In this document: in pieces, positions 38,056-52,680 of the stretch
How positions within the stretch are numbered: the stretch's first letter is position 1
How the letters are laid out: the number at the start of each line of letters is the position of its first letter
Assembly: GCA_951406725.2 (NCBI GenBank)
Contig: OX597821.1
Span: forward strand, 64,852,001-64,916,000
Source of the DNA: Octopus vulgaris
Taxonomy: Eukaryota
Reading direction: 5' to 3'
DNA length: 64,000 bases
Translations under genes and position numbers: made by a program
Notes under the pieces: generated by a model
Database searches by the model: none
What the model was told of the DNA's origin: nothing
Seen by the model: the letters and a program-made list of their open reading frames with translations, nothing else

Positions 38056-38847
38056 CATATGTATATTCACACACATACACATGCACGCACACACACACAC
38101 ACACACAAAGACATGTATCAAATATAACAACGTATGTATATTTATGTACGTGAGCATTATATGCGTATACATATATTATTACATTCTGATGTTTCTCAGT
38201 GTTTGTATGTACATATATATTTTCAGTGTATGCATTATACGCATTTTATTATCAATATGGTATCAGAATGCATTATCATTATTGATTTTCGATAAGTAAA
38301 CTACAGAACTTTTTGTGTCTTCTGTTTACTGAAGGCTATAAAAGACCGCTTACAAATAAGAAAAACCATTTCAGCTCTTGTAGACTTCAATTTCGCTTCC
38401 ATTTCCTTTTTGCTGTTGTTGTCATTGGTGTTGTAGCTGATATATTTATTGTTGCTGTTACATTTGTTGTTGTTGTTGTTGTTATATCTGTTGTTATTGA
38501 CGTTGTTATAATTCTTTTTTTCTTGTTGTTGTTGTTGTTGTTATAGCGCTGCGAGTATTTGCTGGTTGATGCGATGTTTATCTAAAATGGATTTATCTCC
38601 CTTACTTAGTAATGTTTATCTAATTTTACATTTATCTTCGCTTTGATCAAGAGACGAGTTGATGCTTGTCGGTCATTTCCCACATCTTTTAAAAGATGTA
38701 TCCATGTATAAGCGTGTATATAATTATGTATATATATTAATGTGTAAATATATCAGTCCATTTAAAGACAAACATACAAGCATACAGGCAGACTTCAGCT
38801 TATAGGATTGTACCCATAAACTTATCCAAACACACACTTTAGCTTTC

Positions 38848-38940
<93 letters not shown>

Positions 38941-39105
38941 TACATACATACATACATACATAATATATATATGTATGTATATGTACGTGTGTGTGTTTGT
39001 GTGTATCTGTATGTACATATATGTATGCACGTATGTATGCATGTATGTATATATGTATATATGTATACGTACATATATTTATATATATATACACATATAA
39101 ATACG

Positions 39106-39139
<34 letters not shown>

Positions 39140-39239
39140 CATACATACATACATACATACATACATACGTACATACATAATCTCTTCCTGATGTTCTCCT
39201 ATACAGCCCCAAATCAGCTGGGCTCTCTTACCTCAGAAA

Positions 39240-40130
39240 ACCTTGATGGAAAGCACTCGGCATACAAAAGAAAGAAAAAAGGACCATGCATGGGTATGTT
39301 GCCCGGGAGCTTGAAGAAGACAGTCGAATTGACAGGAAGCCCAGTCTCTCTTGGACACAAGCCCACTACATCACATCACATTTTAAAGGCTATGCGTTTG
39401 CAATTCAGGAACAGGAGGTTGCCACAAAGTACCTGGTGAACATGAGAGACAGTGACGCTCTAGTAATCCCAAAGTGCAACCCCATGTATACGCTATGTCA
39501 TGTTTCTGTGGAAGACATTACGCATGTGATTAGTAGCTGTCTTCTATGCAGTAAGATGTTGTTGCAAAAATAATTTACAGTGCCAATCGCAAAAAAGACT
39601 GTCCTGAAAATCCCTCTGTTATGGAATACATTCATAAATACCAACTGAAGGAGTACTTTTGGAATATTCTTATCAAAACTTCTGTCAAATGTAAGCATAA
39701 CAGGCCGGATATTGTTGTTTGGGACAGAGGGTCAGAGGCATGTACCATCATAGAAGTTAGCTGCTCTACAGATATAAATATCTCGTTGAAAATCAAAGAA
39801 AAAGAGGATATCTATGGACAATTGCTACGGCACCTCCATCTTCTTTATCCAGACTATGAATTCATATTCATACTGATAATAATTGGAGCACCAGATTTTG
39901 TTACTAAAAGAGAATCTGGATAAACTGGGATTTTCAGAAAGAGAAATCAACATGCTAATTCGTACATTACGAGTACAATCTCTGAGTGGAACAGTAAAAA
40001 TATGCAAGACTTTTCTCAGGTTCCAAATGACAATTTGTCTGTGTTGACTACATCTCAAAGATAGAGCCTTGTATCTTTGTTGGAAACGGGCTTCCACCTC
40101 AGTTGAAGATTTATAATAATTATAAAATAG
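39240..40130 (+). mobile_element. R4/Dong-like LINE 3' fragment (zinc knuckle + restriction-like endonuclease)
   Basis: MHG...AIQEQEVATKY, YTLCHVSVEDITHVISSC (decayed CCHC) and HNRPDIVVWD...IIEVSC..D.....KEKEDIY (PD-(D/E)xK RLE). Confidence 0.85.
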
Positions 40131-41259
40131 AAGAGACATACAAATACATGCATACAAACATATATACATCCATCCGTCCGTCCATCCGTCTATCCATCCA
40201 TCCATCCATCCATCCATCCATACATACATACATACATACATACATACATAATACATACATAATAATTCTTACACATACATACGTACGTACGTACATACAT
40301 ACATACATACATACATACATACATACATACATACATACATACATACATACATACATACATACATACATACATACATTCGTAACATACTTAAAGGCAGCTA
40401 GGCAATTCCAATTTCCGTCGGATTCATCGGACGATACTTTAGTCAAGTAATTTTTTTTATCATAGTCTTCTGCTGATCCATTCGCTGCAAGATAAATTGG
40501 TTAAATAAAAACAAAGGAAAAATACTTTGGATGGATTGAGTTTTTAATAAAGTTATCAGACCCATCTCATACTACTCCTGCCAGGGGATTACATTAAGGG
40601 TACCACTTCCTGTTGCATACAAAATCACTTATGTTATAATCACTTCAGTAGATCACACAACTAAATGTTCATAGCGAATTCACTCCCTTTATGCCTCTGT
40701 ATATCCATGCAAGACGGCCAAACTAAACACTTTTTTTTCTTTATATTTATGGTAAACTCACTATTGGTTACTTCGACCTTGATAAAATACTTGGCGTCAT
40801 ACATACGATTTAAATGACTAAAGTTCTTGAAAGCTGAGGAAAATATATCAGATATCTTATAATGACCACGTTTCTAGTGCACATTGTATGAAATGGCTGA
40901 CGAAAAGCAAATGAGCACAGGGATAAAGGAAAGCCGACTGGGATGGATTGCTCACCAACTGCGACACTCACTCAATGAATGCTATCAATACTGTAGAATG
41001 TTGATAGCATTAATTTTATGCGTGCATAGTTATTTGTGTATGTGTTTTATTAAATTTTATTAAGTCTTGGTTTGTGCTTTTTTGTGAAAATATTTCTTTG
41101 TTTATCCGTCCTTCATCTCTGGTAATCGCTGAACGTATGTAGAGTCGGAAGACCTAGAATTTGGGTGACTTAATTTTTGCATATATGTCTATGTGACCAC
41201 TTAGTGGAATCTGTCTAGTACTGGGATCTCGTAATTGTTGTCTCATATATGTATATATG

Positions 41260-42410
41260 AGAACACTGCAGCAGAACAGGCAGGCTTAAGGAAAAACTAC
41301 AGCACACGAATGCTATAAACCAACTGAACGAAAGGAAAAATGCCAATCTTACAACATAATATTATGCTTAACAGTTGTACATTTTGCTAAAGCATTTGAT
41401 TCCGTGGAAATGTATGATATGCTAAGAACACTGGAGGAAAAGGGAATGGAGAGGAACTGCATGAAATTACTAGAACTTGTCTACCCTAACTATAGAACTA
41501 CAACTACTATAATGTACAACGTGATTGATGTCAAAATTGGTAAAGGAGTCAGACAAGTAGACACCATATCAATCAAACTATTCACGTCTGTCATAGAAAA
41601 CGTGTTTAACAATTTATATTGGTCGGATAAAGGAATGGATGTAAGCCAAGACATGCTAAATCATCTCAAATTCGTTGGTGAAAGTGTACTCATTTCCCGG
41701 AGCATTAAGGAATCAACAAGAATAAACTGAACGTAGAAAGCAAAACATATGGACTCAGAATTAATATTAGTAAAGCTAAAACTATTTCCAACCGTCTCAT
41801 CACAGCTGGAAATATAGTTATAATTGATGAAGTAGTTGAAGATGTGAATCAATATATCTCTCTTAGATAAATAATCAGCTTAAAGGATAGAAATCAGACA
41901 AAAGAAATTGAAGGACGAATACAATTAGGATGGCATCCGTTGGTAAATTAAATCACATCATGAGTAGTAACATGCCCACAGGTCTAATAAGACAGGGTTT
42001 CAACCAATGTGTGCTGCCTACCATTACGTATGTATCAGAAACATGAACTACCAAGCAAAGCCTTGAAAGTAAATAAAAATCAACACAAAGAGCGATGGAA
42101 GGGAGAATTCTGAAGATTAATAAAATGGATAAGTGGAGAAACAACAGGTCAAGAATGGCCAGAGGTTTAACAGATGTTGTCTGGAAATTAAAAATCCTGA
42201 AATGTACTTTTGCGGGATATGTATTTAGAAGAAAAGATAATATACAGAATAATATGGGTGGGGGAAATCTACGCAAGAGTTGGAATGAAGACTTTGATGA
42301 ATTCTTCGGTACTCAATCATGGACGAGGCAAACATCAGACCGTGGTTGGTGAAGAGAACATTCTGAAGCCTTCGTTCAGCAGAGGACTGAACATAGGCAA
42401 GAACTGGATG
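41260..42410 (+). mobile_element. RTE-clade LINE fragment (RT domain and C-terminus)
   Basis: EQAGLRKNYST, FAKAFDSV, KGVRQVDTISIKLF, LNHLKFVGESVLIS (for LRFADD), RIQLGW, FNQCVLPTITYVSET, FAGYVFRR. Confidence 0.85.
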
Positions 42411-42435
42411 GGGACACACGCACACATACACGCAC

Positions 42436-42481
<46 letters not shown>

Positions 42482-42523
42482 GTATATATATATATACTTA
42501 TACATATATACATACACACACAG

Positions 42524-42554
<31 letters not shown>

Positions 42555-42595
42555 CATACACACACAGATACACACACAGATACACACGCATATAT

Positions 42596-42645
<50 letters not shown>

Positions 42646-42710
42646 GAAAACAGAGAGAGATGGATAAATAGATAAATAGATACTTACACACGCGCATACA
42701 CACACACACA

Positions 42711-42741
<31 letters not shown>

Positions 42742-43931
42742 ACACACATATATTTATATCATTATATGTCTATATCAAAGAAGCTGTATAACTATAATGA
42801 AGACAATTATATGCAGATTCCTTCATCAATGCATTGTGCAGAAGCAAACAACCAGACACACATAAATAATTATCCAGCTAATACTACCTGCAAAGGCCAC
42901 ATATCATAACATGGCGACTATCAAACGAAACAGACCGCATAGAAAGAGTGAAAGACACAACATAATGTGTTACATAACTAACGCAAAGTCGATTATACGT
43001 TCATGCATCAGCATTGATTGATAGAAATTACTGTCAGTATATTGACATTTGCTGTTGGTATAAATTCTTATTCTTCGTTTTTACTGACCGCTCTCTCTCT
43101 TGAAGTATTTCCTATTGGCCGATGCATTGTTATCGCGTTTATCGATTTTTTTTCTTCCAATGAAGGCTCTCCTGGCACTGTTAGAAAAGATTGATTGATC
43201 ATTCGATCAACCTCAAATCTGACCTTTCAACCTCAATTGCCATGCTTCACATGCTACAAAACTGTTTCGTATTACTTTTAGTCCGTTTCTAATACCCGCT
43301 CCACCCCCGCCCATCCCAACCGCTTTTGCTTTAGTCGAGCTCTCCGTGAGGCTGTGATGTTTTTGGTCATCATATGTGAGTATGAGTATTTACATACATA
43401 CAGGCATACATATAATATGCACACATGTATTTATAAGCATATACATACATCCACGAACATATATACGTATACACACATATTATACATACATACATGCAAA
43501 TATATATGTGTGTGTGTGTGTGTGTGAGTGCGCGCGTGTGTGTGTGTAGTTGTGTCTGTGTATGTGCTTGTGTGTATAAAGTTTAGCATGTTGTAATAAA
43601 TCTTCAATGAACTGTGGTCCTTCCTTCACTTGAGGGAACAACAAATTACAGTTGAATGTTAGACAACGGGGAACAACATTGACTAACAAATGCTGCGTTC
43701 AGTAAAACTGCTCCCACTGCGTCCTTTATTTACCAACTCACATTGCCTGTAGGCTCGCATTAATAAACTTTATAAATATACGTTCTTCATATCACATTCT
43801 CAGCATTTTATATAAATGTTTTTCCCTTATCCTTCTCCAGTTTCACAGTTTCGGTCAACATGATTGTAGATACACGTACTATAACGCTCATACTATTCCA
43901 TACGCACGTACTCTTGCGTAGCGTGTGCCAA

Positions 43932-43966
<35 letters not shown>

Positions 43967-43991
43967 GATTTTATTGTATCGCATTTGACTT

Positions 43992-44060
<69 letters not shown>

Positions 44061-44067
44061 GTGTCTA

Positions 44068-44105
<38 letters not shown>

Positions 44106-44899
44106 TAGACACATGTATATATACATGTGTCTATCTATCTATCTATATGTAGATCGATAGATAGTTGTGGAAGAGTTTTAGAGGGTCTAGTGTTTACGAG
44201 ATAATGAAATCGTTGCGCAGATCTTTCTTCTCTTCCTTTTTATTTTTTTCACTGTAAAAAGATGTAATAAAACGAAATTGATCGTTTTAAATTTCTATAT
44301 GAATTTACATTAACTCATTTTCAAACTTCCACTTATGTGTTCTTAAGAGTTCAGAATATAGACAAAATGTTATTATCCACGGCTACCAGAGATTCTTAAG
44401 TATTTTATGTTTCGAAAAAATTAAAAAGCTAAATGGAAATATAAGCATGCTCTTTTTACTCTTTGATAATGATTTCTCAGCATAAGAAGAATAAACTTGT
44501 AATCGATTCACTCCGCTTATGTAACATTCTCTACCCTATAATAGCTATCACCAGAAATTCTACCAAGTGTGGTACAACTTGTATGGGAATGCACGTGTAG
44601 TTAGAACTAAAAGTGGGAATATTATTTATGCAGAAGGACGACTTTGAAAGATATAATCGAACCCTAAAGAGTATAACATTTGATTGGCCAGACGTAGAGT
44701 ATTATAGATCCAGGCTAGAATATAGTTATCTTGTGGAAACTCTTAGTTCCAGTACTTGCTAGACTGGTTGAGAGCGTCTGCATTCTAGAAGATTTATCAT
44801 GCAAGACAATGAGTATGTCCACTGTTTTCTGAGAGGACTTTGAGTAAAATAAGCAACGGCAATTTCTGATAATTTTGGAGCAAAAACGAAGACGATAAT

Positions 44900-45720
44900 C
44901 TATTTAAAGAATCTTACCCTAAATTGATATTTTCAGTTTGTGATTTAGATGTTGAAATTGAAAAGTTACAGCACGTAATGATATATATTTCGATATCAGT
45001 ACAGGTGGAACGAATTTAAGTCTCAAACTAAATATAATCTGAACGACAGAGGCGCACAGCAAATATTATCTAGATTTTTCCCTGCTCCTTAAATATTCGC
45101 TGAAAGTAGAATACATCAGAACAGAATCGCAGCTAAAAGTCATATTCTCTCAGACTTATTACAGTGATATAACAAAGCGTAGATGATATTCTCTAACTAT
45201 ATTTATTGAATGACTTTATGAATCTACGTTGGGCCACGCTGATAAATATTTTGGTGGGATTTAATAGCTGGCAAGGCAAAATTATTCTGTTTTGTAAACA
45301 TACTACACAACATATTATAGGTTTATTAAGTCAGAACTACATCGAGTCACAAGCTAACGGGGCTCAAATTTCTATGGAGATAGCATTAAAATGAAATTTG
45401 AGCACAATTGACACACAGTAGGACACAGTATTGATCTAATGAACCTATGACATAACTTAGTTTTGTATTATATTGTGGCCTTGCCTGCAATTAAAAGTTG
45501 CTGAGAATGTGTTCAATAAACAGCTTGGTCTATGCAACTGTTACACATCCTAAACCTAGTGGGTATTTAAGCAACATGTTCGAGGACAGATGATGTGCTG
45601 GATGAGGCACTGAGGAAAGGACAATAGTCCCTGAAATATGCTTATGCACATAATACGTATTTTTTCTCACTTCGATCACCTTGTTTACCAAACATCGTAA
45701 CTTACAGTGCTGGCTCTGAA
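44900..45720 (+). mobile_element. Highly decayed Penelope-like remnant
   Basis: Weak YPKLIFS..LDVEI, YIY..YVGPR (GIY-YIG-like) and EIALK motifs, followed by a hammerhead-like motif at 45607. The order matches the 5475-6620 element. Confidence 0.35.
45607..45647 (+). ncRNA. Hammerhead ribozyme-like motif (degenerate)
   Basis: GCA-CUGAGGA-AAGGAC aaua GUCCCU-GAAA-UAUGC-UUA^-UGC. Stem III is one change from the palindrome UAUGCAUA; stem I has only 3 bp. Confidence 0.45.
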
Positions 45721-46732
45721 TTTTATAGAAAATCTATAAGGATAGCGTTAAAATGAATTTTGGGTTATATTTGCTTTGGTCGGAAATTGTCATTTTCACT
45801 AAGTATTTCCTTAAAATACATAATCCTTTAGAAAGAATCATAGCAATTACACTTGTAAATTACGTCCATACTTCCTGAAGTCAATGCAGTTGATGTTAAA
45901 CTTGAACGTTCGTTGCTCTATGAACGATAAAGAGGATAGATAAAGAGGAAGTTTAGAAATCTGCAGTTTTGTAGAGAAATTATTTATGAATGCTATTATT
46001 GTGGAGAGTGCAGTGAATGACATAGTAAGAATGAGAAAAGGTAAAAAAGAAAACAAGAGACGCGTGGATCGGTGAGTTTTTGGTGGGGTGGCGGTACTAA
46101 AGCAGCGTCGTTCTAAGAAGCAGGAGCCGTTAGAGCAACTGTAGATGTAAATAGAGAGACGGAACAGCGGGTGGGTATTCTTTGGCAATCAGACAGATCA
46201 CTTTTCTTTAATTTTTGATACGATTTTGGATGCCAGCGTGAACCGGATCTCTCATACCCAGTGGCAATTGCAAACGTCTGACGTCAACGCACAACTGCAT
46301 CTATTGAAATATTTTAACTGTGCGCCAGAGCACGCTGATTATTAGTAGAACCGCTGGTTGGCACAGTAGAGATGTACGTCTCTGTAAGTGCAAGCTATTA
46401 TAAAGAATTTCAAAATATATTCTACTTCAATAAAATACATACAAATGTTAAGGCGGTATTGTCTGATCTATGATGTATTTCTCAATTTCTACCTTTCGTT
46501 TTTTCCATTTTCTTTATGTCCCTCAGTGTTTGAAGACTAAATTTTATTTTCTTAAATATCATAGGTTACTAAAGTTAATATCACGTTTTAGAAAACACGA
46601 ATGAAAATAAGAACACACACGCACAAAACACATGCATACATGTATATGTATGCATGCATATATATATGTATATATATACATATATGTATGTATGTATATA
46701 TACATGCATACACGGGCATAAAAACAGCACCA

Positions 46733-46833
<101 letters not shown>

Positions 46834-46883
46834 AGCATATACTCACATACACATTTCTGTGTATACATCACATTGACACTAAC

Positions 46884-46932
<49 letters not shown>

Positions 46933-46935
<3 letters not shown>

Positions 46936-47161
46936 CCCTACTACCCACAAGGGGCTAAACACAGAGGGGACAAACAAAGACAGACGTAGGTATTAAGTCG
47001 ATTACATCGACCCCAGTGCGTAACTGGTACTTAATTTATCGACCCCGAAAGGATGAAAGGCAAAGTCGACCTCGGCGGAATTTGAACTCAGAACGTAGCG
47101 GCAGACGAAATACGGCTAGGCATTTCGCCCGGCGCGCTAACGTGTCTGCCAGCTCGCCGCC
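46933..47161 (-). mobile_element. tRNA-derived SINE family A (Nin-like central domain), well preserved
   Basis: Minus strand GGCGGCGAGCTGGCAGACACGTTAG ... GAGTTCAAATTCC (B box) ... gactttgcctttcatcctttcggggtcgataaattaagtaccag. Other copies lie at 54013-54412, 61470-61670, 19205-19330 and 33680-33920. Confidence 0.85.
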
Positions 47162-47650
47162 TTTTATATATATATATATATATATATAACTATAAATGAA
47201 TATATGCATGTGTATTCACATTGTCTAATAGAATATTTCTTGCGAAAGAATTTCCGCAGCGAAAGTTTTCCATGTCCTAATGAACGTGGTGTATTAAATA
47301 TAATTGCATACACAAACACACGAACATGTCTGTGTACTTGCATGTGTGCTTGGGGGTGTACACACACACATACACACACACACACACACACAGACGTACG
47401 CAAATACATACACATATAAATGTGTGTGTACACACAGAAGCACATGCCATCCATACCTATTGCAATAGAAAATTAGGAAATATTTCTTAGAATTCAAAGA
47501 ACTCCTGTACATCCGATTTCTTAAACAACATTCGTCTACAAAACCAAACAGGAAAGAAAAGTACAGCAAAGTAAACAAGACATTCTCCGTATAGAGATAA
47601 TAATACATTATACTAATTATTAATGACTGAATATATATATATATATATAC

Positions 47651-47708
<58 letters not shown>

Positions 47709-47711
<3 letters not shown>

Positions 47712-48013
47712 CACCGTGATCACCGTGACCGACCAGGCTATCAGATGTTTCTACACATCGCTGGTCACAATGCGCTTCGCATTGTTTTAGCCTTCAAATG
47801 ACGCCACCCCGCTGGCTAAGCGAGCAGGCCAACAGAAGAGGGAGAGAAAGTTGTGGCGAAAGAGTACAGCGGGGATCGCCACCAACCCCTGCCGGAGATC
47901 GTGGAGCTTTAGGTGCTTTCGCTCAATAAACATTCACAAGGCCTGGTCTGGGAATCGAAACCGCGATCCTCCGACCACGAGTCTGCTGCCTAACCACTGG
48001 GCCATTGCACCTC

Positions 48014-48014
<1 letters not shown>
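47709..48014 (-). mobile_element. tRNA-derived SINE (head B, tail variant 3)
   Basis: GGAGGTGCAATGGCCCAGTGGTTAGG (A box) ... GGTTTCGATTCCC (B box). The tail is unrelated to variants 1 and 2. Confidence 0.85.
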
Positions 48015-48052
<38 letters not shown>

Positions 48053-48065
48053 GTATATGTTTATA

Positions 48066-48097
<32 letters not shown>

Positions 48098-48317
48098 CAT
48101 ATGTATGTATGCTTTTACTCCCTTTGTTTCAGTCATTTGACTGCGGCAACACTGGAGCACCGCTTTTAATTGAAGAAATTGACGCCAGGACTTTTCCCTT
48201 CTAAGCGTAGTACTAATTCTATCGATCGCTTTTGCAGTGCCGCTAAGTTACGAGGACGTAAAGATACCATCATCGATTTTAAAGCGATGGTGGGGTGACA
48301 AACGCAGACACAAACAT

Positions 48318-48378
<61 letters not shown>

Positions 48379-48409
48379 CACACACACACACATACACACA
48401 CACACATAT

Positions 48410-49287
48410 ATATCAGCCCTTTCACGCTTATTTGTTCATTCCACTCTTCGTTCTTTCGTTCCCCCTCCCAGACATTTCTTTGCCTTCTTTTCTTGCTCAC
48501 TTTCCCTCCACTTTTCACTTCACTGTGTCTCTGTCATTTTTTCTCGCCCCTCCTTAATTCTTCTGTCCCTCTGCTTCTACTTCTCTCTCTTCTCTTCCCA
48601 CGTGAGCGATCGGCCAGCCTGCACTTTCTTTATTTGTCTGAACCTTGTCCATGCAACATCGATATTCTTCCCTGTGTTTGTGAAACATCTATATCTCTGC
48701 CGTAAGGCCTCACTTCCACACGCGCCAGCTGAATTCAATTCGTCCTTAGTCGAAAGACACCTGTTGTTATGTCCTGTTATTATTTTTATTGCATTTGTAT
48801 TTGTGTAACATTATCCGTTTTTTCCTTCCTTGCTTTTGTATACATTTGCTGCTTTCTTCCACAGAAATATAATGCTCTTAGCTTGGTTTTTTCCTTGGGG
48901 CTGGCCAGATTGGAGCAATCTCAAGTATAATCAGCCGAAATTGCGAGGAAAATCTGGTGCTTGACTGAAGATATAAAACTTCGAATGAGCGTCCTTGTTT
49001 TCTTTGTATCGTCTATCTGGATGTTTTGTTACCCATTTTGTATTTTATATATTTATATACAGCTGCGTACGTACACTTTGGTCTCTTATATGTAAGTATA
49101 CATTTTTCTAAATCTTGTACGACTCTATTTCTATCTATCAGCCATTTCACGCTTATTCGTCCATTCCACTCTTCGTTCTTTTATTCCCCCCTCTCACATT
49201 TCTTTGTCTTCTCTTCTTGCTCACTTTCCCTCCACTATTCACTTCACTGTGTCCCTGTCATTTTTTTTCGCCCCTCTTTAATTCTTT
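48410..49287 (+). repeat. Element with ~150-bp diverged direct repeats (48410-48562 / 49136-49287), Penelope pLTR-like arrangement
   Basis: tatcagcc[c/a]tttcacgcttatt...cgcccctc[c/t]ttaattctt is present at both ends. Confidence 0.6.
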
Positions 49288-50005
49288 TGACACTCTGCTC
49301 GACTAAAGGCGGTGCTCCAGCATGGCCGCAGTCAAATGACTGAAACAAGTAAAAGAGTAAAAGAGTCCATAGATGTCTCATCATACTAAATTTGAACAAC
49401 TAAGAAAATACAAAGAAACCTCTCTGTGATCGTTTGATATGCAAGAAATAGAAGCTATATCTTCAGCAGATCACGCTCTATCATCCTTAAAAACTAAAAG
49501 CATAACGTTAAAATATATTCGGTAATATTGTCTTGAACATAAAAAGAAAAAAAAATATTCCTTTGAAATATATTGAACTTTGAAAATATATCGATCTTCT
49601 AATGGGACATTAAATAGCTTCGAGTGTGACTAACAATCGGTTCACATTTAAAACAAGAAGTTACATAAGGTATACTTGACGAGGTCTATTTAGATCGTAA
49701 GTTTCTTTAATGTGTTAGAAGCTTTTGAAACGTGGCCACATTCGAAACTGGTTTTCTAAAGTTTCAATAATCGATTTTATGTTACAGTCAGGTTTACAAT
49801 GTAACGTGTCTTGGTGGATAATTTATGTCTACATCACTGTAAAGCATACGTATATACGTGTATGAATATTCAGGGACATCTAAACAGATATAGACAAACA
49901 CACATACACACATTGATTGGGAGTGAGTAAGCGTGTGTATGTATGCGTATATATAAATATTTGTTTGTTGTGTACATCTATATATTTATGTATACTCGTA
50001 TGTTT

Positions 50006-50302
50006 GTGGAGGCACAGTAGTTAGGGTAGCGGACTCGTGGTCGTAGGATCACAGTTTCGATTCCCAAGCTGAGCGTTGTGAGGGTTTATTGAACGAAACA
50101 CCTAAAGCTCCATGCGGCTCTAGCAGGAGGTGGTGGTGACCCCTGTTGTATTCCACAACTTCACCACAACTTTTTCTCACCCCTTCTTCCTGTTTCTCTT
50201 GTACATGTATTTCAAAGGGCCAGTCTTGTCACGCTGAATGTCACTAAGAACGACGTTAAGTGTACATGTGTCTGTGGAGTGCTCAGCCACTTGCACGTTA
50301 AT
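50006..50302 (+). mobile_element. tRNA-derived SINE (head B, truncated tail variant 2)
   Basis: Reverse complement of the 17950-18317 family. Confidence 0.8.
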
Positions 50303-50329
50303 ATGATAACTTCCTGTTTCCCAGAAAAT

Positions 50330-51410
50330 CAGATACAACTGCAACAAAAGTATCCCGTGATTCTTTTTCAATGACGGACATGGTCTCCAAAAATAGCTTG
50401 TCCTGAAATAGCTACCAATTATGTGGCTCATCAAACATACCAACCTTAATTTTCTCACAAGACAAAACTGGAAACTTTCTGCTTAAACATTTGAAACAGT
50501 CACTGTTTCAGTGTTTCAACTTATGTTTTGCACACTATATGGGGTACCAAGGCCTTGTCTTATTACCCAGTTTCATGCTAAAAGAAGTAAAGAAGTAAGT
50601 TTTCTTCACAAAATCTGTGATTTCTTTTCACTGCCTAATCCAGAAATAAGCAGAAGACATCAGGACTGCTTTTACATTCCCTTCTCCCACAATTGACTAT
50701 ATTTCTGAAACACAAAACATATATTCAAGCCAGTTGTCACATGGGAAAAGCATTTTCAGAATAGTCAACAGCTATAAAGTAAGCAAATGCAGTTTTGTGA
50801 TGACAAAGTTCCATAAAGAACATACTTATCATGATGTTCTTTCTACAGCTCTTTGACCATGCTTGACGAAAAGTGACCTTGACCCATATGACCTCACAAT
50901 TAAAACATTAAGGGTACATTCAAAATACAAGTTTTCATAAGAAACTGTTTATAATTTCAACAAAACATGCCTCATCTAGTTTGCAATGATAGTCACACTA
51001 AATTAAGCAGACGGTGCGCATATCTGCAGATAAATTCCGCAAATATGAGACATGTATGGTGTCAAGGACCACAAAATATGTTGTTTCTTAACATCTAATT
51101 GAAACTGGTTGAAGATACTTAAATCATGACTTTTGTTTGTATCTTTGTAGTCGTATTTACTTTAAATGACATTGCAAAACTATATTTTCAAATTTATGTC
51201 AAGCTCCATACATGGGTTCGCTTTTGAGGAAGTCAAATCTATCCTTAGAAATGGTGACAACAGAAGTAATTTTGAAAAATGGATATCTAATTTTGTGAAA
51301 AAAAAACTTAACGTGATAGAGCAAAATGGATTTCATTTTTGAAATCAGCACTCCAGAATTAGTAGGAAACATGTCCCCAACATCAGACAACCAAAGCCCT
51401 GTTCTTCAGT
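50330..51410 (+). mobile_element. Decayed Chapaev3-like non-autonomous element
   Basis: The 3' subterminal segment gtgatagagcaaaatggatttcatttttgaaatcagcactcc (51313-51354) resembles 16803-16843 at the end of the Chapaev3-like fragment. The left boundary is uncertain. Confidence 0.45.
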
Positions 51411-51804
51411 TTGATCATGCAAACGTCAGTGTTTTATACGCATAGTATGTACATTATTTATTAAATGAGCTTTCACTATGCAGGGGTATGCATCTATGAT
51501 CAACATAATTTCGTTTACTTCTGTTACACTTGTTATGAAAATTTTATTTTTCTCATTTAAGTTCACTTTAAAAACAATTTGTATGTATAGTGTGTACATG
51601 TATTAAATGAATGACTCCATGTCATACATGTCATATAGGTGTAGTTTAAAATGTAAACTATATCTTTTGTATGGAACTATTTGTGATACTCACTTTTCCC
51701 AGACCAACGATATTATGTGAATATCACGTCTATGTATAACCGGAAGCATTTTATCTAATAGTAACATGAATATATTATCAACAGCAGATCCCGAGTGTAA
51801 ACCC

Positions 51805-51861
<57 letters not shown>

Positions 51862-52394
51862 TTGTATAAAAATATAATTATTACAAATATATCCGAAATT
51901 ACCCATTACTTTTCCGTCTTGTGATGCACGCACATACACATTTATATATATCATGGGCTTCATTCAGTTTCCGTCTTCCACACACCCACAAGGTTTTGCT
52001 CGCATGCGTAACTATAGAAGAAGAATCTTGACCAAGGTGACATGTAACACTTTATTGTTTGATTAAACTAATTAATTCATTTATTTTGAATTTTCATCAA
52101 ATTATATCCCTTAACTGTAATTTAGTTCCGTAAATTGAAACACCTTGACGCGTCCTTAGATAATTAAATGCATTGGCGCCGACATAGTTGTATGGTGATG
52201 AGTTTACTTCTCAAACACATGGGAAGCGGGTTCAATTCCACTGCAAATTGGTTCAGTGTCTTCTCCTAAAGTCTCGGCCGACCATAGCCTTGTGAGTGCA
52301 TGTAGAAGACGGAAACTGAACGAAGCCCGTCATATGTTTATCGCTCTCTCTCTCTCACACACATATCTAATCGTATTTAATTGCACCCAATTAT

Positions 52395-52680
52395 ATGCAG
52401 TCACATACTCTTTACTCTTTTACTTGTTTCAGTCATTTAGTCGAGCAAATCGACCCCAGTACTTATTCTAACACAGACACACAAACACACACACACATAT
52501 ATATATACATATATACGACAGGCTTCATTCAGTTTCCGTCTACCAAATCCACTCACAAGGCATTGGTCGGCCCGGGGCAATAGCAGAAGACACTTGCCCA
52601 AGATGCCACGCAGTGGGACTGAACCCGGAACCATGTGGTTGGTTAGCGAGCTACTTACCACACAGCCACTCCTGCGCCTA
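52395..52680 (-). mobile_element. SINE family C with internal deletion
   Basis: Head and tail match 60872-61301. Another head in opposite orientation lies at 52175-52332. Confidence 0.8.

Noticed and set aside
47940-48014. tRNA gene candidates (also 490-566, 18245-18317, 50006-50070)
   Set aside because: A/B boxes are present, but the sequences continue into shared repeat bodies and lack a clean cloverleaf. They are SINE heads.
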